From: Thalia democratica
Taxonomy: Eukaryota
Assembly: GCA_965202585.1 (NCBI GenBank)
Contig: OZ241833.1
Span: 17,794,001 to 17,858,000 of the forward strand
Length of the DNA stretch: 64,000 nt
Reading direction: 5' to 3'
A program made the position numbers and the translations under genes. Below are positions 1 to 11,607 of the stretch, in pieces (position 1 is the stretch's first letter; each line of letters begins with the position of its first letter). The notes under the pieces were generated by a model, which ran no database searches, had not been told where the DNA came from, and saw nothing but the letters and a program-made list of their open reading frames with translations.

Positions 1-1068
1 TAAACTTATATGAAAGAAATTCAAAAACGTATGAAGTATTTTTTTCTAATTTTAATAAACTTACAGGATATTATTAAACCTTGGTATTACTTCAGGAAAG
101 TAAACAACTAATAGAAAATATTTCTTATAATGTTTTTGATTGAAAGACAGTTCAGTGATAAAAAGTACAAACAGAATTTGTTGTTTTCATCTAAAAACCA
201 CATTTTTCATTCTTTAAAAAATCGTAGACATTTTGGTGTAAGCTTCAACAAACTTGTTTTGTAAAAGTGCCAAGCTAAACTAAATCTAAATATAACACTG
301 TCACAAGTTGAAGGCTTTATGTAAAAACGAGGAAACAGCGTAAAAAGTTTTCGCGACATTACTTTCATGTTGCTTAAGTTATGACATCATCCTTGACGTA
401 ACTTCGAAAAATCTTAAAGAATTTTTTTACTTTTATAGTTTTTGTCGTCAGCTTTCTTATAAATAATGCTTGTTTTAGTCTTTAATTTACTGATATGTCC
501 AACACTTAAATAAAATGTTGCTCTTTGAATTTTACTAAGAAATTTATAACTTAACCCAAATGCTGAAAAACTTTGAAAATTAACTATATAGTTAACCACA
601 TTATGCAAGTTAATTTCTCAATTTTTTTTATTTTCTAAAATGTAAATTGCTTTTAAATTTTACTGTAAAGTAATAAAAATTTAATAATAGAAACAAAAAA
701 ACTTTTTTTTTTGAATTATTGAAAGAATATTAACTTTGTTAACTTTTTAGTAACAACCTTCTACAACTTTGAATTCATAAAGGTATTTAATATAAATTTT
801 ATGATCCTTTCCAAACTAGGTATTGTTTTATAGTTTTACGTTAATTTTTTATAAGATCATTATCAATTTTTTTTTTTAATTGATGCACTACTTAATTATA
901 TAAATGTTATAAATACATTTGAATTTTCTATCTCATATTAAAACTTAAAAAAAAATACAATTTAAAAATTATTTATGTTTGCACATAGTTAATCTATCTT
1001 AAAATTTTTGTTAACAAAATTTTAGTTTATTTTTCAATTTTAAAAAGCTTATCAACACAAGCATAAAC

Positions 1069-1232
1069 CTTTGTATGAGTGGCTTCTGACGTAATCACCA
1101 CATCCGAAGTCAATCAGTGTTACCTCATGAGTTTCAGGATTGAAGAGCATGTTCTCCAGCTTTACATCTCTGTGCAAGACTCCACTGGACTTACAATGTT
1201 GAAGCGCTATCATCATCTGTCTCCCTATGTGC
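1069..1232 (-). CDS. PIM-family-like kinase exon (catalytic loop and DFG)
   Basis: Acceptor atatag|G and donor AAAG|gtttat; HIGRQMMIALQHCKSSGVLHRDVKLENMLFNPETHEVTLIDFGCGDYVRSHSYK contains HRD-x-K-x-EN and DFG. The later exons (APE region) were not found and presumably lie before position 1. Confidence 0.93.
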
Positions 1233-1796
1233 CTATATTTTTTTTTACAATAATGTTTAAGGCTTTCGTTTATTTAACATTTTCATTTAAATAATTGTTA
1301 ATAAAAGAAAGTAAGTAAAATATACATAACTTATTACGAGTAAAACAATTGAACCTTCACTGTTAATTTATAAATAAATAAAAATAATATAAAAATAAAT
1401 GTTTATAAATTACTTTAAAAGTTTGCATCCAATTGAATCTTTTTAGTGCAATTATTTGTAGCAACAAAGAAATAAGAAAATAATTTAAGTGAAACAATAT
1501 AGGTGCGGTCAATACAGTTTGTTTTGTTCTTAGAAAATAGTCGTGCTGAAGAACTGCGACTTATATTCATTGTTTAAATGTTATAAAAATGAGTTTCTGT
1601 TCTTTACTTTTTATTTGTTTCAGAACAATAATTTCAGCTTATAAATTATTTACCTTACCTGTTTGTACTACATTTTTACTACAAATTTTAAGGCTTTTAA
1701 AAGAAGACTTAATAAAAAACTTTGAAAATAAAACTTTTTATGCGATTTGTAAATATTGTTTTAATCTACTTAAAAAACAAAGTTACAATTTGATAA

Positions 1797-1853
1797 AAAA
1801 AATCTTCTTTGAAAAAATCTTCTTTAAAAAATCTTCTTTAAAAAATCTTCTTT
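1797..1853. repeat. Minisatellite, 4 copies of ~14-bp AAAAAATCTTCTTT
   Basis: Read directly from the sequence; lies in a kinase intron. Confidence 0.9.
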
Positions 1854-1900
1854 AAAACAATCACTAATCGTACAATAAATGACAAAATTTGTAGCAGCAC

Positions 1901-2043
1901 CTGGCCAGGTTTTCTTTCAATCTTCTGTGCTTGCTGACGTAATCGTACAAATCAACAGCCGGATGCGGTCGCACCATGACGATAAGAAACGCTTCAGTAG
2001 TTTCGTGCCACTCCAGCACTTCCACCACTCCGCTGCCTCTCAC
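1901..2043 (-). CDS. PIM-family-like kinase exon (subdomains IV-V, hinge)
   Basis: Acceptor tattaag|GTG and donor CCAG|gtgctg; VRGSGVVEVLEWHETTEAFLIVMVRPHPAVDLYDYVSKHRRLKENLAR closely parallels PIM1 [44 protein letters not shown], including the PIM hinge proline. Confidence 0.92.
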
Positions 2044-4293
2044 CTTAATAATATTGTTGATGTTTATCAATAAGAATAAAAATCACCTGAAGAGAATTAG
2101 CTGGTTAAAAAAAAGAGCCAAACAACATCAAAATGATTAAATAAGTAAATCTTGTTAAGATCGCATTTTGAAGTTTAATAGAGTTCAAATTCACAAAAAT
2201 TTCGTTGTGTTTAAACACTTTTAGTACATTTATAGCTAATTATAGTTTTTTTTGTGCTTTTTGTTATAAAAAACGTTTTTTGTTAAATTAAGATAGTTTT
2301 AAAAACACTCTTGATAATCTGACAAGTTTTTTGGTATAGTGTAACAACAATGGTGTAACACTTTTAGGAGTTTTTAGCCTACTTAGTACGACAACTTTTA
2401 GATAAAATAAACTATCACAAACTACAAGTAAATAACTTAAAATTTATTGTTTTAGTAATTTTAGTGTACTACTTTTTTGCTCAAGTAGCAGCAAGCGCTT
2501 TCGTAATTCGGCTGGTATAAAACTTATAAACTCAAAATTATACTTACTTAACTAGTAAATTAAAAAAATCGAGAAAAGTATTGTATAGTTATAGTAAAAA
2601 GTAGATAAGCTGCATTTCACAAAGCTTATGTTTGATGAAAATTTAAATAAACAAAAATAACACGGTAACGACCCTTTAGGCTAGGATTGAACGTAATTGC
2701 GTATTAATTGACAATGTTTTCATTTAAACGAGTTTAACCTCACAAAGTTTGCCATTATATTCAAAAACTTTGTTCTAATTCTTATGAACTTATTTTTTAC
2801 TAATTTATGAAATAGCTTAGAGTGATTAACTTTGAGGTTTTGAAATTTAAATTATCTTCTAGTAATAAAACTGTCTACTTAAGAAGTTAATGCAAGTTAA
2901 CAAAGATTTCGAAATATTCTTACACGCGTGCTTTTAAATTATAACTTAATTATAACTGAAAAGAAAAAAATTACATTTAAAATCGTCTTATTATGCAGAA
3001 GTTATATTAGTTTTTTTTCTAAAACACCTCTACATATTTTTTATAAAAAAAGTGATATTTAAGTGATTCAGACAAAAATTAATTTTTATTTAGTTTTTAG
3101 AATTGTGTAACATTTTTTATGTAAACAAACTTTTAAAGTCATTAAAGTTAAGTTTCGTTTTTGTTTGTTCGTAAGTGGCTTATATTTTTGCACAGCAGAA
3201 GTAAGAAATTACCCAGCTCTTGTTTGAGGTAAACTTAATTTGCGGATAAAAGATCAATTTGAACATCTTTGTGCAACTAAACCTCAAAATAAAAATAAAA
3301 ACACGACCTTGAATTGAACTTTTTGTTTAAATCTCAGTATTGTTTTGTTTTAGGACTTTTTTTTTGTTTAATTTTTTTTTACTATACGCTAAGTTTCACT
3401 TTATTTTTAGTTAAAAATTTTTGTTTAAAATTAGAAAAAGTATATTAGCTGAAAGCAATTTTTTTATGTAACTTCACAAAAGTTAAACTTGTATAAAATA
3501 AGTAAAATATGCTTTTGTTTGATTAAATAATAAACGTAGTTTTAAGTCTTAAAAAAAGTTAATGTTGTCATAACTAACCAGTTTGAACAGAAAAAAATAT
3601 ACAAAAGCAAAGTTTCAAAGCAGCAAAAGTCATCCAATAAAGCAAAAACTTCAAATATTATTGAGAAAAAAGTAGTATTTTTATTATTGCTTTGAATTTT
3701 TTGATGTAATCAGAGAATTCTTATCGTTAAAATTACAGCAATTGTTTATATAGCCTCTAGCTGCAGATACTGCTGGCGTAAACTGATGTTTCAAAAACTT
3801 TAAAGTCACACAGAGTTTTCAAACCAATAATGTTTTTTACTATTTCTAAATACGCTTTTACAAAAAAAAACATTTAATTTATGATTAATTAAGTTGTTGA
3901 TTGAAAGCTTACAGATTGGTAATAAGAAAGAAAATTATTGTTTTAAGTTTAGTTAACTTGTATTGAATAAAATAAGTAATTTTTACTAAAATATTTTTAT
4001 AATGTGTTTGATATTTTTGATATAAAATTAGTTTTTAACTGATTGAGTTAGAAAGTACTAACAAAAAAAAAATCAATCTTCAATAAAATACTTATATACA
4101 ACAAAATTACAATAATAAACATTGAGTTTTCAAACTCTTGTATTGTTAAACTAAACTATTATTATTGTATTGAAGTTGTTTAACACAAACAGTAAAATAC
4201 CAAACTATTTTTTGTCTAAACACAAAAAGCCATTTATTTTTTAAAGCAAATTATATTTGCTTTAACTACAGCTGAACTACAAACCTCGTTTAC

Positions 4294-4422
4294 TTGGCAC
4301 AGGAGAGTGAGTTCAAGAGGAACAACTTTACCACCCAGCCACCCCCACCTCGATGTTGCGCACTTGCTTATCCGTTTGATCGCCACACGAAGTCCATCCG
4401 ATCTCCTGTACCCGGCTATAAC
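4294..4422 (-). CDS. PIM-family-like kinase exon (subdomains II-III)
   Basis: Acceptor acgcag|GTT and donor CAA|gtaaac; 43 codons VIAGYRRSDGLRVAIKRISKCATSRWGWLGGKVVPLELTLLCQ, with the VAIK lysine and the alphaC glutamate in a PIM-like VPLE motif. Confidence 0.9.
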
Positions 4423-7400
4423 CTGCGTTTTGAATTTTTAGTATGAAAGAATGTTGTGTAAAATGTTTGTGTTGCTATTAAATAAACAAAAGTGCTATTA
4501 ATGTGTTTGAAAGCATTTTTAAAAATTAAGGCTTTAACTTTTACTGCACATTGTAAAAAAGTTTAAAAAATAGATAAAAGTCACTTCTCAACATTACCTA
4601 AAATGATACGCAAAGTTTATATCTTCTAAAAGTAACTTTTCTTACAACTTTTTAGAACAAAAAGCAATTTATCTTTTTGTTTTCTAAAAATAATCTTGTG
4701 GCTGATAATGTTTGTTTGTTCAAACTATTTTTGCACAAACCGCAAAACTATACTATAAGTTTGAGAAATTATATGTTTTTTTTTTGCAAATTAAAAAAAA
4801 AACTTTTTTAACGTTTTGATAGATTTTTAGCATTTAAGGTCGATAAGATATACATGACTATTGTTTTACTGAAATTTTGTAAACTATAAACTAATTTCAT
4901 TTATGTAATTATGATCATGATTTGTATACACTCGTTTTACTGATCAGTCTAACTTACTTATCTACCTAACTTAAATTATCTAATAAAAGCTTGTATCTAC
5001 ACACAGCAGTTTTCACAGTGAGCATCAATTTATCGATTTTAAAGTATATACAAGCGGGCTCAAGTAAGAAGATTCAACACAGAACTTTCATGCACTTTTC
5101 CTCTCAATTTGTTTTATTGGCAGTCGCTTGTTTACGCCTATTATTTTTTGAGATCGTTTTTGCAATTCATTGGAAGCTTCAACTGATGTGACAAGTCTAT
5201 TATTTTGTTCGTGTCTTCCTTATAGCATCAACACATATAAGTTTTTCATTTATTTAATATTTATTTGTTGCGGCAATATCATAAATTGAAATAAGTTTTT
5301 AAATGTATTTCATAAAAAAATACTTGGCCTTAAAGTAATTTTTGCAGCAGTTTCCAACAGATGGTATCGTTATAGAAAAGTAAAAATACTCCATGAATAT
5401 TTGTTTTTACAGTTTGTTAAACCTTATTTAAAAAGTTTAGTTTAAGTTTAAACAAAAAAAAACAAAGTATTGTTTTTAAGAGTGGAGAGCTCACATAAAA
5501 ATACGCAAAATTATTTGACAGTAAAGAATTTCTTCTGTTGCTGAAAAAATGTTCATTTCCTTTTATATGTTGCCTATTTTATCAAATTAAATTAAATGCT
5601 ACCTTCATCTAACAACGTTAGATTGTGTTTTTTAACTTTAGCCATACAACTTTCAAACAGTTTTTTATACAAATTGCTCTAACTTGTAAACACGCTTACA
5701 TTACGTAGGACAATTATATCGCAGCCTTATACAGTAATTATGGCAGAAAAAATGACAAACAGTTACCTTGTTTTTAAGGATGTTAATGTTATATAAAAAA
5801 CTATTTTTGTACCTCAATAAATCATTCTGATAAAATTAACAACAAAGTTATTTTAGTATAACACTTCATACTTTTAGTTTAAATATCAAAGCACAATTTT
5901 TTTTAAGATTCACGTGATCTTAAGTACAACGAAGTACAACAAGGTTCTCATCTTTAATTTTATTTTTTCTATGATACTGAATAAAAAAAAAGTAATATTA
6001 AAGCGTTTATATAGCGTTGATAAACGACGAAAAAAAAATTATTGAGCAATTAAAACAAAAAAGTAACTTTTTAACTTTATATAAATAGATTTCTATACTT
6101 GCTGCTATTAAAACGAAAGTACTGCGTTTGATTTTGGTTTAAACTTGTTAAAAAGTTTATTTTAAAAAGCAATGTAGTTAGTGTACTTATATATTAAATT
6201 TTAAAGTAGACAAAAAGCTAAGGTTATTTTTTTATTTCTAACTACTTAGTAAACATGTTGATCTTACGCTTATAATAAAATTATGGATGCATTTTTGCTA
6301 TTCTATTGTTGTTATTAGTAAAGTATTCAGCAAATGTACGTATCAAAGTTTAAATATTTTGTTTTAAAAAGTCTAAGTTTTAAGTATTATTTATCTCAAT
6401 CTAAGTATGTAACTTTCTTAGTATGACTACTATTTTAAGACTTTAAATTTTTTGACGTAAAAAGCGAGTCAGCTTATATTTAAATATTAACTTTTTAAAT
6501 AATTTTTTGCTTCCGTTGGTCAGGATTAAAATAAAAATAACATTATTTTAACCACAATTATTAAATTTGCGGTCAGTTTTCAATTCACATTGTACTATTT
6601 AAACTCGAAAAATAGTATATTTGTCGTAACCTACCAACACAAGGCACCTGCCGTTGCCATAACAATTTTATACCATGCCACAAATCCAATCTTGGAAATA
6701 ATCTCAAACACCCAGTTTAGTTTGTTTCAATAAAACGTAGGAATTTCTAATAAAAAGTAGTTGCCAGAAACAATGGACCATTGATCGCTTTTAGACACCT
6801 TCGTTAGATTTATCGACGACATATGTTTATCCGAGCGACCACCGATAAAGTTGGTATTACCAAATGCATACGTGTTCCAAAGTATAAATATTTTACAGTT
6901 CAATTACACGTTGACAAAACTGTTTTTTTCAGAAGAAAAAAAGTTCCGAGAAGTCATAAATTTTTTATAGAGCATTAAAACACAAATAGTTTAAAACGAA
7001 AGTAAGGTTTTATTCTTTTTGATGAGCGTTTTATATTTAAAAAACTTTGTAAGTTATTTAACGTTTTAAAACAAAGACATTGTAAAATTTATAATAGTGT
7101 TAACACTTTAATATGTTAGCAAATTACATTAATAATTTTTTTCTTTAATATATAAAAAATCTCTCTCAACTCTTTTAAAAAACAAAAGTCAACAGATTCA
7201 TAGATTTTTCTTTTGTTATATAAACGAAACATCTTTGAATCTATTGTTTATATAAATTTTGATTGATTCTAATGTTATGAAGTTAATGATTTTTTAAGGC
7301 TTACAGATGATGCTGTTCGTAAAACTTAGTTTCTAACTTTACAAATTTATACATCTATATAACAAAGAGTACAATTGCACTTAAGTTAAATAATTCGCGA

Positions 7401-9432
7401 ATCAACGCTGTGTTTGAAAAACTTCGTAAAAAATATCTTAATCACAACTAATACATTTAGAACGCATTTAAACATTTTAAAACTCATCACAAATTGATAA
7501 TTCGAGTTATGCTAAGTTTTCATATCTGCAAACATACAGGCCCTTGCAAGGTTAACTCGCTCGCAAACCGCTGTTCGAAGTGATTTCTCGTGTCACGGGT
7601 TCAGGGGTGAAATTCGTAGCTCGCTGTGTATCGATTTTGCAGCGGTTAGCGACGAAGTACAAGTGAAGCTGGCTCAATTAAACAAAGACAAAGCTTCGAT
7701 TGCTTTTAGTGCTGCCAAAACAAGCTTGTATACTTTAGGAAAATGTCAATAAATGTCATTAAAAATTCAGTTTAAACTGAAGCTTTTTAAATAGTTAAAT
7801 CTTGTTTGAAACAACTAATTTTTTGTTCGTTTATATATGTTTGGACGTAATTTACTATAGATTAGTTGTAGTTTTTGTGAATCGTAAACAATTGAAAAAC
7901 CTAGACTACATATTTATTTGTATACAAAAGTTTTGAAATGTCTTGTTAGTAAGTCCAAAAGTTAGGAATGAATAACTCGTTTTTATTTATAAGTTTGTAA
8001 ACAATAGACTTTAGTGAGTGTTATCGGTCTATTTTAACCTATAATGACAGTGTTTGTAAGAACTAATGTTTTTAACTTATAAGTTAATGGTATATACAAT
8101 TATATGCAGTACAAATTTATCTCAAGTTTAATTAATCATTAAACATTTTCCAATATCTAAAAAATCTATTTAAGCAAACTTTAAGTATTTTTTTTCGATT
8201 TCATTTGTTTTTAAGAAGTTTTTAATATTCCTTTTGCTAGTTATAAATACTTTAAAACAATTTAAATTTAAAGTTTAAAGCTTACACTGATTTCAATTAA
8301 AGTTTGCTTTTACTTAATTAAAACAAAATTTCATTAAAGAAAACTATATTACAACTAAGGCTGTATAGTTTTCTTTAAAATAGAAAGGTATATAAACGAA
8401 CAATCGATAGAATAAGAATTTAATTTATTTAAATATTAGTCTCCCACTTCTTATGAGGATTACTTTTTTTTACGATATAAAGCTTCAAAACTTTGCGACG
8501 TACACAAACAAGAAAATTTTCAACTTACTGTTTTTCGCGCAGTAGGGAAAAGGCTAAAGAATAATTAATAAATTAATTTAGCTAAGTGTTAAAAACCAGC
8601 ACTTCACATATTAATACGTTTAATAAAACAGGCAAAGTATCGAACATTTAGAGAGCCGGGAGCGAACGTTTATTGAATTTTTTTTATAGCAGATTATCTA
8701 TAACAGCTTGATTTTATCAATTTAATAATTTAATTTAGGCAAATGATTTCGTTCACTCAAACTACTTTACACTTGATGAATTTATACCGATATGTTTTAA
8801 AAAGCAATTTTTAAATTAAGTTAAGATTAAACTGGCAAGGTTACAAATTTTGATGTTATCTAACAACAGTTAATTAGGTTTACTGATAGTTTTATGGCTC
8901 AGTATTCTAATGATAAAAATCTAATATTATAGGCTACTTCAGAATAAAAAGTAACTATATTTTTTCTTAGTTTGTTTATATACATTTACTGAAACCTTAA
9001 GTTGTTTTGTTTCTCTTAGCTTTTGATAACAAAGTTAGGTTATAAAGTTATTCAAGCATACTTTTTCATTTTATAAATAAACAAATATTTGCATACATGC
9101 TAAAAACAGCTCTAATACTTTAGTTTCGATTTTTTTTTTCATATGTTGCTTGTAAAGCTTGAAACAATTTTAAGATTTATAAAATGTTACCAAGTTTTCA
9201 TGGTGTGCTTAAACTTTAATGTCAGTAAAGTATAAAATATCCGCATAAAATTGTTGAGCCTAAAATTGTTTCATTTTAATCTTAATTCAAGATTTTATAC
9301 GAACTTTTACAACGAACACACATTGCAGATTAAAAAAAACTTAGTTTAATCTTTAATTAAAGTTTTTTAAACAATTTTTTCCAACAGTTTAAATTTTTCT
9401 ATTTAATATAAAAAAAATATAACACTACCTAC

Positions 9433-11607
9433 CGTTCCGTTTTGTGTGTCAGATAGGACGTTGTGAAGCGAATAAAGATCCCTTATCGTCATGCGACTCC
9501 CGTCTTTCCTAGTTTGAACGTTTCTATTCCGACTCTTCCCGACAAACCTCTTCTTTTCCAACTTTGTCGGAGGTACGACCATTTTTCTTCCTTCGTTCGC
9601 ATTGCTGTCGGCAACTGCGTCTCGATCGCCAGGCTTCCTCGAGACGACCACCAACTGGTGATGCTGCCACTTCGAATGGCACTCTTCGTCTTCCGCCTTC
9701 GCGCTCATCCTAGACGGCCGCTCCTTCCTCGGGCCGAGCCGATGAATTCCCTTCTGCGCATCCTTTGGCTTTTTGTTGAAACGGGACATTCTTTTGTTTT
9801 CCGTCGACGCTAGGCGTCTATTTGCCTGTAAATTAGAGGATTTAGACTTGTACTTTTGGTTTTTGAGAGCGGTGTCTTCCTGATCAGAGTCGGATCTCAA
9901 CGCCGCTTGCTTTAATCTTGGCTTCCAGTCTTTGTTTGTAGCCGAACATTCGCTGCCCTCGGAATTGGTCACGCACGTGTAAGATTGGTATGACGAGTGG
10001 GAGGTCGCTTCCGATGATATGTTGCTGGAGGAGGTCGACGCGGAAGGACAGCTGTTCTCGTAACTGCCCACTTGCAGCCACTTGTTGTGAGCCGAGGGTT
10101 CCTTCGGCTGGTGCGTCGCAGTTGTGAAGTAAACCGGATCTGCTTTGCTTGCTTTCGCTCGGTTTTTCGCGTTGCTTTCTAGCTCGGCGAAGATCTTTGT
10201 CATTTTGAAGTTGTTTTCTTTTGTCGGCTGCCACGCCGTGTTCTTTTTAGTTACTTTCTTTTCTTCTTTGATAACCGGATGGCTTTTTTCGGCAATAGGT
10301 TTTACATCACCGCTATGGTAATCATTCCATTTACGCGCTGTTTCTTTGTTTATTTTGTCGATATTTGTAGATGCATTTATCTTGTCGAGACGTTTATCTT
10401 TTGTCACAGTTTTTTTTTTGTTTTTCTTTTCTTTTACAGGCGAATAACCATGAGGTTTTTTAAGCTTGGGAGACGATCGAGGAAAGCCTTCGTCGGATGA
10501 AGTTAATTTTCGATCACTTTTGAAATTAAACTTGTTTGATGACATCGTGTTGTCTTCTTCTAAGGACTTCTGCTTTTCATAACCTTTCTGCATGTCTTCA
10601 TTTCTAACTTCTTTTATTACTCTTCTTGGGTTTTTATTAGAACTTTCTTTGTGATGACGATTTTTTCTGGTAGTTCGATCACGACCGTTACTTTTTGCGG
10701 ACTTTTTATAGCTAGTTTTGCCAATTTGAATGTGAGGGGGTGCGTTCACCATTATAACGCTGTGATTCGCTGCGTCTTCGTTTTTGCTCGCAGGCGTCTT
10801 TTTGCTACCGGTCACGCAATTATTGTTGTTGCTGCTGTTGCCGTGATTGACGACATCTCCGCTGTACTTTGCCGGGGATTTTTTTCGACAGCGAGCTTGC
10901 TGGTACCGATGGCTCGGACGTCCGATGACGGCTCCGCCGTTCGCAGCAAAAAAGCATTCGTTCATGCTAGCTTTGCTATGCTTAGTACTACTTAAACTAA
11001 CTTTTATTCCAGTAGTGATGTCTTCAAAGATTCGGTTTCTCGTATACAGTTTATCTTTACTTCTGTACTTGTTGTTTCTTGAATTTCTTTCAAAGTCAAT
11101 CTTTTTATCATTTAGACTTCTTTTAAGCCTTTTATTAAGCTTCGATGTTTTCTTTCTACCAAAACTCGGACTAATCTTTACACTGCTAACTGACTGTCCT
11201 TTTTCAGTATCAAACAAATCAGTTTTAGCCTTGTCAAGCTTGGTGGTGCTGCTAAACGAATAAAGTCTGGTTTGCAATTCAACAGCTAACTCTTTATCGC
11301 GGAACGTTTCGGCGAAATTGTCGTTCGTGACTTTGCATCTGTTTTTTCGTTCATCTCGCGCGTTGCCGTTTTCTCGCCGCCTTTTTCCCTTTTTTCTTGC
11401 TTTGTCGCCGACTGTCGAGCAGCTACTGACGACAGTGACGCTTTGCAGCTGCTCAGTGCTGTCACCTACTGACAAGTGAGGAAGCTTTGCCACCGTGGCA
11501 GGACCGAAATCGGGCAGCGACTTGAAATCTCTTTGCGAAATAGTTTTGTTGGAAACTGTTTTTCTCGGTTCACTGCTGGTTTTCAGGGAGTTTTCTATTT
11601 TCGACAT
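9433..11607 (-). CDS. PIM-family-like Ser/Thr kinase, first coding exon: ~710-aa Lys/Ser/Arg-rich low-complexity extension plus kinase subdomain I
   Basis: Stop-free 736-codon ORF; first ATG at 11607 (MSKIEN). It ends ...RDLYSLHNVLSDTQNGT at a phase-0 donor ACG|GTAGGT (GT at 9432-9431) that joins the exon at 4422 in frame. Further upstream exons are not excluded. Confidence 0.75.

Noticed and set aside
2087-2100. 14-nt micro-exon (aaccag|CTAATTCTCTTCAG|gtgatt) in the kinase gene
   Set aside because: The 4294-to-2043 junction is already in frame and aligns to PIM without a gap; 14 nt would shift the frame.
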